DNA from: Nemertoderma westbladi
Taxonomy: Eukaryota > Animalia > Xenacoelomorpha
Direction: 5' to 3'
Assembly (NCBI GenBank): GCA_032718475.1
Contig: JAUCBJ010004292.1
Span: forward strand, 1-64,000
Length of the DNA: 64,000 nt
How positions within the stretch are numbered: position 1 is the stretch's first letter; the number at the start of each line of letters is the position of its first letter. Positions 37,473 through 50,932 of this stretch are shown piece after piece. The translations under genes were made by a program, and so were the position numbers. The notes under the pieces were generated by a model. The model was given only the letters and a program-made list of their open reading frames with translations, had not been told where the DNA came from and ran no database searches.

Positions 37473-40400
37473 TAGTAGTAGTAGTAATGAAAAGAGAGAA
37501 GAAAGGAGATTATATAACTGCAGTTTGCAAATTTTTTAACAATTTGCAAAATCGTTAATAGTATTGATTGATTCGTGGCTTGACCAGTGTGTGTTGAGAT
37601 GAATAACTCCATTAATCAGGTTGGTTGCTTCCATACTGTATAACAGAGAGTAGGTGGTGTCCATTAGTCAATTAATTAAACATAACATCACAGCCCGTTG
37701 CGCGTTGCTGCAGCTTTACTAACCAACCTGCCCTTAATTATATGCCAATGACGTACGTGTTCAATAAAGGCCACTGCCCTTGGCCTACAATGAAACCACG
37801 AGCCACTGTCACATGGAATTGCTAACGCGCAGCATATTTTAATTTCTCCATTGTATCAGTTATTTTAGAGTTGTACCCGGGCGGTGGTGGTGGAGGTATT
37901 TATTTGCTCGAGGCAGGCCTCCCTATCTAAGCAACGGGTCAACACAATTTCTCAATTCGCCCTGCTATATTTGTATCTCTTATCACTTCCATAAAGCTAC
38001 TTTATCTCTCCCATTACAATGCAATCGTATTTATTTGCTCCATTGGAACAATATTTCACCCCTGGTTATTTTTTCATTGCTTTCCATAAAATTCATTCGT
38101 TTTTTTTTCTAAGACCAGCGAGCACTCTATAACAGAATGTTGTCACTGTATTTTGCGTGGCCGTATTTCTAAATTTTTGTATTACTGTACACTTCTTTTG
38201 TAAATTATTAAAATGATGTCATTGTGTTGTAACCTGCTTCTTTCAATTTATTAATAATTTAACTTTGAGGCGAAATATTAATTCGCCGAGATTGCATTTG
38301 CATCAACTTTCAACGCAAAAAAAATAGTAGATCAGCCTCTGAGCGTAGAGGTACAATATAATTAGGAAGACCTCTACAAGTCCCTATGTCGGCCGCTAGG
38401 TGGCGAATGACCTAATCCAATAATTACCTATAGGAAAAGCCTCATCTTGACTTACTGACCTGTCCCTCATTACCCGTTTATAAATACTTTATTTCCCCGT
38501 GATCCCAGCACTCATCTTGAAAAATACCTTTGTGTCCCTAATAAATATTTCATTTCCATTTGTTCCTGAGACCCGATCAGAATAAATTCCAAATATATTG
38601 TTGCCCTCTATATTTATTTCCCTACTAAAGACATTCCTACTGTAGAACCTACGTGATTTCCTTACTACCATGGAACTTTGTGTTTCTTAGAAGTAAACCG
38701 AAGATAATAAACTCTCGGCTTGCCTCAGGGGATGCTGTCCCTCCCACTACGCCGCTATAAGTTTGTATTGGTCCGACGTGGTTGGGCCCTTGGTCGACCC
38801 AATTTGGCTCCCATATTGGGCTATTGTTATATCGCCAGTTATTGATTTATAGGCCGGATCTACTGCCCTTTGTTACGACTCTTTCCGACATTAATGAGAG
38901 GACCAACTGCGTTCTGAGTGGTTCCTTCAGCCTTTAGGCCCCCGCTTTTGTGATGTATTTCTCATTTTACATATGGCCCAACTCCCCCCCCCCCCCCTTC
39001 CCTTCCTTCACCATCTACCAAATTGTCAATGGGTCACCCATATCTTGCCAGCCTATGCATCTATCTATAAAGGCCTGGGGCTAAGGTGTATGCGGCTATT
39101 GTAGGCTATAGCAATATGCATTAGTGATTGCCAGGCGTGTAGACTGCGGGCTTACTGTGTGTGTGTGTGTGAGGCCCCAGTCCCTCATATCCCCCACTGG
39201 GATTAGCTGAAGGCGTCTTTGTTACTCAGTGTTTATAGAGAGAACGTTGGAGCCAAAAGTTATCAGTTCAACTCGTTATTGTATTTGAGTTATATTATCA
39301 TCAGTGCCGGTATGGTTGGGGGATAACATTGTTTCATGAGACGTAAAGTTAGTTAATTAATTATGTTTGCAGTACTTCTATTTATACTCTATGCCTACAA
39401 AAATGTTAACATTAATGACTGTTTTGTTATATAGGCCTATTTACTATCAAAGATTGCGGTGTTAACTGTTATAACTATTAACTATAACTACAAAAACAAA
39501 TTAGTGTATTTATTCGTATAGTAATTAAAGCAACAATATGTTATTTATTTCTTATTAACCTTAATCTGTATTATTAACTAACTTTATGTTAACTTTTAGT
39601 TATCAATAATTACTTTGTTAATAATTTTAGTCCTATGTGCCTAATACAGTAATATTAATATGTTGTATTTGTCAGAAGAACTATTAGTAATGGATTATGT
39701 ATATATAAGTAATTTATTCATTATATTAAAACTAATACTGTAATGATTCATATTGTAATTGTTTATGTTTTGGATATATAATATATGAATCTGCTGTTTA
39801 ATTAAATGAAGGTAAGTTTTGTTTAATCCACGTGCCTACATTAGCCCTACAACACAGTGATGGGCCTACATTTTTGGATTACCTAACATTTTATTATCTA
39901 TACTGTAATTATAGTAATCTCCGGGATATGATATAAGGCACTACTACTATACTAGAGTCAGAGATTGAAGCTAGGCAAAGCAATTAAAAGAGCCCTAGAC
40001 CTATAACCTATCTAGGCCTATAACATATACACAATAACGCAATTTATTCATGTATCTAAATACATTGATACATCTACTTATATATTGTTTATCTTAATTA
40101 TATTTTTGGTATGTTGGCTGAGTCTCATAACATATGTAACATCTTGGCAATGAAAAGTGGGGACTTATATGTAAGCTGGTAATGTGATGTTTATTCCATT
40201 GGAACGTTAGTAGGAATTAGTTCTAAGTAATCTGCAGACTGTGGTTCAATGACCCTGGTTATTGGTGGTGGGGGAGTTGTATTTAGCTGGCTGCAGAGTG
40301 ATTGATTGACTGTCTGTGGTTGGACAGAGGCTGTTGTATACTCCGGCTATTGACACACTTGGTGTGTGCCCAACAGTTTACAAGGTAATGTATCCAGTAA

Positions 40401-43400
40401 AAGGTGTGTAATAGACTGTTACAGACTTTACACAGGCTCAATGGATGAGGTAGAACTTCCTGTATCTGCCAGGCTTTCTGCTTCACTGATAAGCCATGGG
40501 ACTAAGGTGTATTATTGGATAGTTGAGGCAGCATCTTTGATTCATCCGAGGACTGGCGCTGTGTTAATAGGCAAGGGCTGGTAGGCCTGCCATTTAATAT
40601 TATTGAGACTCTTTTTACTGTTGTGTGTTTATTGATACTGTACTACATCTGTAGCACTGTTATGGTGTAACATTGTAACAAAACAACTAATATACCGTAC
40701 ATACATAAGTTTTTACTGGTATTCGTAATGGGTGGCCTATTTTTCAAAAATGTTGTTATAATGTTATAATCATTATATGGTAGGATGATAGCAGGAGAAT
40801 ATGCCAGTATGCCCTAATATCTGTATATCAGTCTGTCAGTATATCTGTACCGGTATATATAAATTGTATGGCCTAATTTGTGTTGTGTTGTGTTTACTGT
40901 TTATTTTTGGTTTTACAGTTTTTTGATAGCCTAACATTAGCAGACTTACAGAATTACTGGTTGAGGCCTATCTGCACTGCAGATCTGTATTTGCAATCTG
41001 TCTGTCAGTCTGTCTGTCCTGCTGTCTGTAGAGGTAGGGTAGGTAGGGCTGTATGCCAGTATGCTGTACTGCTGTCTGACTGTACTGTAGGGTGGGTGGG
41101 TTGGGCAGTTGGGTAGCGGAGCGGCAGCGGCTAGGGCTGTAGCGGGTCCAACGAATCTACACAAAAAAATACAAAATACCGGTAGTACTGTAGTACAATA
41201 TAGTATGTACAGTATTGCATTATATTGTATTAGGCTATACGAACAGTCGGACAGTAGCCTACTTCTACTGTCTGACTGTTAGGCCTATACCAGCCAAAAT
41301 CTACATGAATCAAAGTTCTGTCAATCATTTCATACTTGACCACAGAACCAACTGCAGAACTGCAAGGCCACTATTTACACTGTCTGACTGTCAAACTGTA
41401 GCGGTGCATATTTCGGTGCCGTTGCATTTGCTTAATATTAACAATTGTATAGGGGCCTACCTACTTTACTGCTTTAAGTGTAATCTGGTAGTGCATGTAG
41501 TGTGTACTGGTGTATACTACATTACTACACACAGCAGCACAGACACTGGTCTGCCATCTGCTGGTCAGCTGGTATACAACTGTACAAGGTTTGCATGCGT
41601 TTCTCACTCGTTTGTACTATGTTTGCACTCTTTTGTACTATTTTTGCACTTTATTGTACTCTTTTGTACTATATCTGTAGGCCTACTATTTTGTAGTTTT
41701 TTGTACAGATTCGTCGGACCGCCTGTAGGGGGTAGGCGTCCCGCGTCTCTACCTGTCTACATGACTGCATAATTTGAATTTCTTGCTGAGCCTGACACTG
41801 ACACCTGGACCTGCTGATGCTGAAGTCAACTAAAAAAACTGGGAATAAATCCGATGATGGACCCACAGTCTGGATTAGGCCTACAGTCTGACAGTATTAG
41901 GTACCACGTACCAGTAACTATTACCGGTAAGCACACATTTTAATTGTTCAATGGATTATTTCTGTATTTAAGCCTATCTGCCCATCGCAGTCCGCAGTGT
42001 TGGGGAACAGTAAATGGATGTCTAAAAGGTAAGCGTAAGTGTAAGACGATCGATAGATCGATGAGTCAGCTCGGAAATTACCGGTCTGCCGGTCAGCCGG
42101 TCGGTACCGGCAGGCCGGTTCATCCAGTCATGTCAGCTTGTAGGCCTACAGGGTATTCATTCAGGAATTTTTAAGGAATAACTGCTACCGGTAGTGAATA
42201 GCGCTAGCGCTAGGGGTAACCAGTATCACTGCATTGGGAACGTAAACATAACCTCCTGCCCCAGCCCCTGCAGCAAGCACTGCATACTGACAGATGGAGT
42301 TTACTGTAAAGCAATAACTTTACAGTTATACTTTTAGGTAGGTTGCATGTTTTGTCAGTCAATCAGTTGGTTGTCTAATATATTTTATTCTTAAAAAATT
42401 GTTAGGGCCTACTTTTTCGCTCGGATTTATACCAAAATCGGGAGAAAAAGTTGCACTTTTTTACCCTAGGGAAAAAAAGTAACCCATAGGATCGCATTGA
42501 TTTTTCTTTTTTTCCTGGAGAAAAACGTAAAGTAAAATATTTTTGGTTTTTCTTAAATTTTATTAAATGTGTTGAAAGAGCATTGACGTAGCATTTACAC
42601 GTTCGACGTTTGAGTGTGTGAATGGATTTGAGCAAAATCCATTCACACACTCAAAGTTATTGCAACTTTAGTTTCTGCAAGGTGTACTCCAAAACGGAAC
42701 TCAATATCCAATATTGGTTTATTTTGTTAAGCGGCTCTCTAGTTACGTAATAAATATTCGAGAACTCTAAATTATTTAACATTGAGTAAGGCAGCATCAG
42801 GAGGAGAGTAACTACAGAACTATGGAAGCAATATCGGTATAGTAAAATACTATACCGGTAGTTCAATTTATTTTCTACCACTATATCAGTATATCGCTGT
42901 ACGTTTATTAAAGAATTGAGCAACAAAAAAGTACCAATTTTAAGAATAAAATTACGTATTACATGTAGAACATATTTTTTTCAATATTCTCTCGACCCTT
43001 TATTAACCTTACTGTTCGTAAATAAAATGCCTCGAGAATAGTGAAAGAATGTTCTACTTTTTTCCCATGTAATCTGGTAATGTAATAAATATTTATTTAG
43101 ACTATCTGACTAGGGATCTATAGGTACCGGAAACCAGATACCTGGGAGGGGACCGGAAACCAGATACCCTGGGAGGGGAGAGTTCATCTTGCTAACTATG
43201 TAGGCCTACTATCGAAACATGAGATTCGCTTTGTATATCATATTGTTTCGGCCTGCCGTACGTACCGGTGTACCAGTAGCCTACATGTCTAGTCTACATC
43301 CATACAAGATCGTCCCCCTCTTACTGGTGGACTCTATCGGCGACTGAGACTATTTGTTCGTCGATTGATATTTCTTTTTGTGGGTGTTCGTTCGTTCGTG

Positions 43401-43569
43401 GACTGGACTGGATGAGTCATCAATTATAGGACTGTAGGACCAGACCAGACCAACTAACCCTACCGGTAATCAAAAACTAGTATTCACCTGCAAAAATAAA
43501 CCCAAACCAGTATCTCCCATCTCACCAGTTAACTGTGTAGGACAGTTTAATGTTTAAAAAATGTTCAAA

Positions 43570-45180
43570 AGTTTAATGCTAAGAAATCTAAATGTTTATT
43601 TTTACACAGTTGCTCTCGTCATTATGTCTCTGATATATCCATGTTTATTAATGGTGCAATTCTAGAACAGGTATCGAAATACAAATATTTAGGACACTAT
43701 ATTACAAATGACTTTTCTGACGACATTGATATTCGTAATCAAACCAGGTGCTTTTACGCGAGATGTAACCTTCTAATTAGGAATTTCAATAAGTGCAGCA
43801 AAAATGTGAAATCTAAACTATTTTCCTGTTACTGTAGTACCATATATTGCAACTCTCTTTGGGCAGACGTATACTTTTCTAATTCCACCTTAGATCGTCT
43901 CAAGGTAGCATAGCATATAATAATACACGAAGTGGGGCCTTCGCGCAGCACGTGACTTAAATTTAATTTAAGTACTAATTCGAAAGTATTACTGTATTAG
44001 CAAATTTTAAGCAGATTTCGCCTAATCACTTTTTACCTCTTTCATTTCTATTCAGACATTTCTGACTCTAGCGGTATAGTGAGAACTGAAGATGGATTAG
44101 GGTCTCCAGCCCCACAAAGACACAGCCTATGGATGAATAGTACATACGTACATCGGCCAAGTTTCATCTTGAATAACGGATAACGAAATGAGAGACGGAT
44201 CTCACTTTCAGAAATTTCGTCGTATAGCGGCAGACCGATTAAATCTCCCCCCCCCCCCCCACAAAGACGCATCATGTGGTCCAGAATATATGGCAAGATT
44301 CAGCTTAAAAATTCTCTCAAAAATCTCAACTTTAGCTCATATTGATACCTACAAATTTTCAACTTGGCAGCTTTAAATCCGACAAAGTTATTAGCATGTC
44401 AAAATCGTAACGACGACAACGATTTCACTTTCAGACCTTTGGCCCTCTAGCGGCAGACTGGAGAACTGCAGATGGATTCGCCTCCTTTGAAAGTCACAGC
44501 TAATGGTCTAATACATATCTGCCAAGTTTCAGCTTAAACGGATTAAAAGCAAAGAAATGGGAAGGCATTTAATGTTTAGACATGTGGCCCTCTAGCGGGA
44601 GACCATTGCACTGATGGTGTCTGAAAGCCTCTCAAAAATCTCAACTTTTGCTCATATTGATACCTACAAATTTTCAACTTGGCAGCTTTAAATCCGACAA
44701 AGTTATTAGCATGTCAAAATCGTAACGACGACGACGACGACAACGACGACGACGACGACGACAACTATTTGCATAAATTGACCCACCCCCTAACAGTGTC
44801 AATTCGCTAAGGCTCCGCCAACTTCGTGGCTCGCCCCACAGTTCGCCGGCTGTTTGGGTTTAAATTCGACTGCAGTGCAAGTAACATGCTCGTCAGTCTA
44901 GGAATTAACAACTTTATTCACGTTAGACGATTTTCAGTCATTAGTTTATTTGATAGAGTATATGCGTCCAATAACATTATTCTTTACAATATCCGTAACA
45001 CTTGTTTATCTATATCTAAAATTTATGAGTCATTTTTACGTTGTAAAGTAGTAGAGTAGAGTTAATCTAAAAATGTGCTATTTCTAATATTTACTGTAGT
45101 TTATGGATGTTTATATATATTCATATATATATATATTGGAATTATCTGGAATAAATATGAAATAAATAAATAAATAAATA
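43570..45180 (+). mobile_element. 3' fragment of an RTE-X-like LINE, split by a non-autonomous element
   Basis: KYKYLGHYI..DIRNQTRCFYARCNLLIRNFNKCS..VKSKLF..YCNSLW continues as VRRLFGFKFDCSAS after 44840; (AAAT)n tail at 45150-45180; similar to the element at 57079-58515. Clade call by motif recall. Confidence 0.75.
43925..44840. mobile_element. Non-autonomous Helentron/DINE-1-like (HINE-type) element
   Basis: Interrupts the LINE frame at YNN|TVRR. The start CACGAAGTGGGGC pairs with terminal ACTTCGTG and GCCCCAC. It has an internal ~110-bp direct duplication and a (GAC)n microsatellite near one end. Confidence 0.6.
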
Positions 45181-45417
45181 TGTCAGATAGGCACCCCGCG
45201 GTACCGGTAGTGCGTCAAGTGCGGTAGTGTTACTGCTGTAATGTGTGTGGGGTGGTGTGTGGGTACCGGTATACCAAAATCATACACGAATGTCTAACAA
45301 CAAGTGGAATCTCTGTAAGTAATTAATTGTATTATGTAATTTTAATTTACAGAAAGTGACTTATGAATCATTGGATGGTTTGTAACCTAAATGCAATGGG
45401 AGTGATCCTGGTATAAA

Positions 45418-45484
45418 ATGAACCTAACCGGGATACAATTGATATCGCTGTGGATTTTAATTATGGTTTGCTTCGTTCGACAAG
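45418..45484 (+). CDS. RGM: RGM-family gene, putative first coding exon (signal peptide)
   Basis: MNLTGIQLISLWILIMVCFVRQG, hydrophobic; donor AG|GTTAGT in phase 1 matches the acceptor phase at 53651; upstream acceptor TTTACAG ends at 45352. Confidence 0.7.
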
Positions 45485-45624
45485 GTTAGTCAATAACTTT
45501 AAAGGGCCGGTTTGGTGGATTCTGTCGCGTTTTTATGTTACGTTTGTAACTGATACTCAATTTCATGGAATGTCTTAATTTAAAGTTCGAAATTTTTTTT
45601 GTAGATGAATTTAAGTATTTAGCA

Positions 45625-46062
45625 CAGGGACAGGATACGATACGATACGGAAATACGATACGGTGCGAAAAATCCAAGATACGATACGAAATACGAAAAT
45701 AGTTTCGTATTTTTTTTCGTATCGTGTTTTATCTAAGAGTTGATAAAAAAAAACATGTATGGATGGTGTATTACTGATTATTAATTACACTGTCTTACAC
45801 ATTTTATTGACATAATAAATCTGTAAACTGTTACGTAATTTATATACCAATTTTGGGCAAAAAATGTAAAGAAATTAAATAAGTGGTGGTAAATTTAGTT
45901 CGACTGTTGTAAACATTAATATTTACAAAATTATAAGATACGAAAATACGATACGAAATACGAAAAATATTTATTCGTATTTTACGATACGAAGTAAATT
46001 TTTATGATACGATACGAATAAAACAGTGCGATACGAAGTACGTAAATCCGTATCCTGTCCCG
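45625..46062. mobile_element. hAT-like MITE with GATAC subterminal repeats
   Basis: TIR GGGACAGGATACG / CGTATCCTGTCCC; TTAGCAC present at both ends (imperfect TSD). Confidence 0.7.
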
Positions 46063-46265
46063 ATTAGCACATATAATTTCATAGAATTTATCTGATGATA
46101 GTTAATGACCCACAGATTCTACTGTCGCTATGTCGATTAGATTATTTTACCCTTAACGTAAAACAAGATATATTCAATAGCTTTTGCTCTACAATTTATT
46201 GGTGTATTTTGGATTGTCTATTTTTACCAAACTCTGTTGGTCTCCCTACATCGTGACATGATAAA

Positions 46266-49200
46266 TTGCCCCCCGGACTATTAACTCCCCAGACTATTAA
46301 CCCCCCTGACTATTAACCCCCCGGACTATTAACCCCCCGGACTATTAACCCCCCGGACTATTAACCCCCCGGACTATTAACCCCCCGGACTATTAATCCC
46401 CCGGAATATTAACCCTCGGACTATTAACCCCCCGGACTATTAACCCCCCGGACTATTAACCCCCCGGACTATTAACCCCCCGGACTATTAACCCCCCGGA
46501 CTATTAACCCCCCGGACTATTAACCCCCCGGACTATTAACTCCCCAGACTATTAACCCCCCTGACTATTAACCCCCCTGACTATTAACCCCCCGGACTAT
46601 TAACCCCCCGGACTATTAACCCCCCGACTATTAACCCCCGGACTATTAACCCTCGGACTATTAACCCCCCGGACTATTAACCCTCGGACTATTAACCCCC
46701 CGGACTATTAACTCCCCGGACTATTAACTCCCCGGACTATTAACCCCCCGGACTATTAACCCCCCGGACTATTAACCCCCCGGACTATTAATTAACCCCC
46801 CGGACTATTACCCTCCGGACTATTAACCCCCCGGACTATTAATTAACCCCCCGGACTATTAACCCCCCGGACTATTAACCCCCCTGACTATTAACCCCCC
46901 GGACTATTAACCCCCCGGACTATTAACCCCCCGGACTATTACCCCCCGGACTATTAACCCCCCGGACTATTAATTAACCCCCCGGACTATTACCCCCCGG
47001 ACTATTAACCCCCCGGACTATTAACCCCCCGGACTATTAACCCCCCGGACTATTAACCCCCCGGACTATTAACTCCCCAGACTATTAACCCCCCTGACTA
47101 TTAACCCCCCTGACTATTAACCCCCCGGACTATTAACCCCCCGGACTATTAACCCCCCGGACTATTAACCCCCCGGACTATTAACCCCCCGGACTATTAA
47201 CCCCCCGGACTATTAACCCCCCGACTATTAACCCCCGGACTATTAACCCTCGGACTATTAACCCCCCGGACTATTAACCCTCGGACTATTAACCCCCCGG
47301 ACTATTAACTCCCCGGACTATTAACTCCCCGGACTATTAACCCCCCGGACTATTAACCCCCCGGACTATTAACCCCCCGGACTATTAATTAACCCCCCGG
47401 ACTATTACCCCCCGGACTATTAACCCCCCGGACTATTAATTAAACCCCCGGACTATTAACCCCCCGGACTATTAACCCCCCTGACTATTAACCCCCCGGA
47501 CTATTAACCCCCCGGACTATTAACCCCCCGGACTATTACCCCCCGGACTATTAACCCCCCGGACTATTAATTAACCCCCCGGACTATTACCCCCCGGACT
47601 ATTAACCCCCCGGACTATTAATTAACCCCCCGGACTATTAACCCCCCGGACTATTAATTAACCCCCCGGACTATTAACCCCCCTGACTATTAACCTCCCT
47701 GACTATTAACCCACCGGACTATTAACCCCCCGGCCTATTAACCCCTCGGACTATTAACCCCCCTGACTATTAACCCACCGGACTATTAACCCCCCGGACT
47801 ATTAACCCCCCGGACTATTAACCCCCCGGACTATTAACCCCCCGGACTATTAACCCCCCGACTATTAACCCCCGGACTATTAACCCTCGGACTATTAACC
47901 CCCCGGACTATTAACCCTCGGACTATTAACCCCCCGGACTATTAACCCTCGGACTATTAACCCCCCGGACTATTAACTCCCCGGACTATTAACTCCCCGG
48001 ACTATTAACCCCCCGGACTATTAACCCCCCGGACTATTAACCCCCCGGACTATTAATTAACCCCCCGGACTATTACCCCCCGGACTATTAACCCCCCGGA
48101 CTATTAATTAACCCCCCGGACTATTAACCCCCCGGACTATTAACCCCCCTGACTATTAACCTCCCGGACTATTAACCCCCCGGACTATTAACCCCCCGGA
48201 CTATTACCCCCCGGACTATTAACCCCCCGGACTATTAATTAACCCCCCGGACTATTACCCCCCGGACTATTAACCCCCCGGACTATTAACCCCCCGGACT
48301 ATTAACCCCCCGGACTATTAACCCCCCGGACTATTAACTCCCCAGACTATTAACCCCCCTGACTATTAACCCCCCTGACTATTAACCCCCCGGACTATTA
48401 ACCCCCCGGACTATTAACCCCCCGGACTATTAACCCCCCGGACTATTAACCCCCCGGACTATTAACCCCCCGGACTATTAACCCCCCGACTATTAACCCC
48501 CGGACTATTAACCCTCGGACTATTAACCCCCCGGACTATTAACCCTCGGACTATTAACCCCCCGGACTATTAACTCCCCGGACTATTAACTCCCCGGACT
48601 ATTAACCCCCCGGACTATTAACCCCCCGGACTATTAATTAACCCCCCGGACTATTACCCCCCGGACTATTAACCCCCCGGACTATTAATTAAACCCCCGG
48701 ACTATTAACCCCCCGGACTATTAACCCCCCTGACTATTAACCCCCCGGACTATTAACCCCCCGGACTATTAACCCCCCGGACTATTACCCCCCGGACTAT
48801 TAACCCCCCGGACTATTAATTAACCCCCCGGACTATTACCCCCCGGACTATTAACCCCCCGGACTATTAATTAACCCCCCGGACTATTAACCCCCCGGAC
48901 TATTAATTAACCCCCCGGACTATTAACCCCCCTGACTATTAACCTCCCTGACTATTAACCCACCGGACTATTAACCCCCCGGCCTATTAACCCCTCGGAC
49001 TATTAACCCCCCTGACTATTAACCCACCGGACTATTAACCCCCCGGACTATTAACCCCCCGGACTATTAACCCCCCGGACTATTAACTCCCCGGACTATT
49101 ACCCCCCGGACTATTAACCCCCCGGACTATTAATTAACCCCCCAGACTATTAACCCCCCTGACTATTAACCCCCCGGACTATTAACCCCCCGGACTATTA

Positions 49201-49775
49201 ACCCCCCGGACTATTAACCCCCCGGACTATTAACCCCCCGGACTATTAACCCCCCGGACTATTAACCCCCCGGACTATTAACTCCCCGGACTATTACCCC
49301 CCGGACTATTAACCCCCCGGACTATTAATTAACCCCCCAGACTATTAACCCCCCTGACTATTAACCCCCCGGACTATTAACCCCCCGGACTATTAACCCC
49401 CCGGACTATTAACCCCCCGGACTATTAACTCCCCGGACTATTACCCCCCGGACTATTAACCCCCCGGACTATTAATTAACTCCCCGGACTATTAACCCCC
49501 CTGACTATTAACCCCCCGGACTATTAACCCCCCGGACTATTAACCCCCCGGACTATTAACCCCCCGGACTATTAACCCCCCGGACTATTAACCCCCCGGA
49601 CTATTAACCCCCCGGACTATTAACCCCCCCGGACTATTAACCCCCCGGACTATTAACCCCCCGGACTATTAACCCCCCGGACTATTAACTCCCCGGACTA
49701 TTACCCCCCGGACTATTAACCCCCGGACTATTAACCCTCGGACTATTAACCCCCCGCCCGGACTATTGCCCCCAA
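46266..49775 (+). repeat. 16-bp tandem array (GGACTATTAACCCCCC)n with higher-order blocks
   Basis: Roughly 215 units; diagnostic variants recur about 1.25 kb apart (e.g. GGCCTATT at ~47732 and ~48981). Confidence 0.95.
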
Positions 49776-50163
49776 ATAACACTTACCCACTAAACAATAA
49801 ATTGGCCCCAAGGTGAATTGCAAAATAAATAAGGTCGTTCTTAACTAGCAAGTTACTCAAGTTCCTTTCATGTTACAACATTAAACAATAATTTTATATA
49901 GCTGAGTCAGTTTTATATTTAATAAAACATCCATGTTTGCTTGTATGCGCTCAATAATTCCGATGTTTTCCAACTTAAGTATTTCAATACAATAAAAATA
50001 AAATGTTAACTCGCTGAAGCCATTAAAGTATGATGTAATAAAAACTATAGCAGCTGGATAGGATAGGATAGCAGCATAGGATAAATCAAATTGTTCTAGA
50101 AATGAATCGTGGATATTTGGAATAACATATAATAATAATAATAATTATTATTATTTGTTATTA

Positions 50164-50778
50164 TTGTCCGGGGGTCGCAGTTGTCCGGGGGCCGCAGTTG
50201 TCCGGGGGCCGCAGTTGTCCGGGGGCCGCAGTTGTCCGGGGGCCGCAGTTGTCCGGGGGTCAGTTGTCCGGGGGCCGCAGTTGTCCGGGGGCCGCAGTTG
50301 TCCGGGGGCCGCAGTTGTCCGGGGGCCAGTTGTCCTGGGGCCGCAGTTGTCCGGGGGCCGCAGTTGTCCGGGGGCCGCAGTTGTCCGGGGGTCAGTTGTC
50401 CGGGGGCCGCAGTTGTCCGGGGGTCAGTTGTCCGGGGGCCGCAGTTGTCCGGGGGCCGCAGTTGTCCGGGGGCCAGTTGTCCTGGGGCCGCAGTTTTCCG
50501 GGGGCCGCAGTTGTCCGGGGGCCGCAGTTGTCCGGGGGCCAGTTGTCCGGGGGCCGCAGTTGTCCGGGGGCCAGTTGTCCGGGGGCCGCAGTTGTCCGGG
50601 GGCCGCAGTTGTCCGGGGGCCGCAGTTTTCCGGGGGCCAGTTGTCCGGGGGCCGCAGTTGTCCGGGGGCCGCAGTTGTCCGGGGGCCGCAGTTGTCCGGG
50701 GGCCGCAGTTGTCCGGGGGCCAGTTGTCCGGGGGCCGCAGTTGTCCGGGGGCCACAATTGTCCGGGGGCCAGTTGTCC
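50164..50778 (-). repeat. 15/17-bp tandem array (TTGTCCGGGGGCC[GC]AG)n
   Basis: Reverse complement shares the CCCCCGGAC core with the 16-bp array, in inverted orientation. Confidence 0.95.
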
Positions 50779-50932
50779 AAGTTCCGGTCTACCGTTAGAT
50801 CTTTATTTAACATTAATTATTGTATAATAGTGAAACAGAGACCAAATACAGCACAAGCACGATGCTTTTAAATAACAACATGAGATCGTATTAATCGTTA
50901 GGCGTTCCCAATGTAGCTGACATAGAAGAGAA

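Larger units (their letters stand above)
21150..37486 (+). mobile_element. Long, possibly full-length RTE-clade LINE interrupted by element B
   Basis: ~0.5 kb 5' UTR, single APE-RT ORF, (TAG)n tail at 37470-37486. The reading frame rejoins across element B (IWTKG|ELKPLPKKGDL). The 5' boundary is approximate and no TSD was found. Confidence 0.9.

Noticed and set aside
38330-39300. Possible solo LTR or promoter (TATAAAA at ~39066)
   Set aside because: No TG..CA ends with TSD and no second copy could be identified.
45315-45352. 38-nt micro-intron upstream of the RGM signal-peptide exon
   Set aside because: GTAAGT...TTTACAG is present, but the length is below typical animal minima and it cannot be supported without transcripts.
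50096-50871. Long ORFs on both strands (PPDNCGPRTT / GGRSCPGAAVV)
   Set aside because: Artefacts of a stop-free GC-rich tandem repeat inside an intron.
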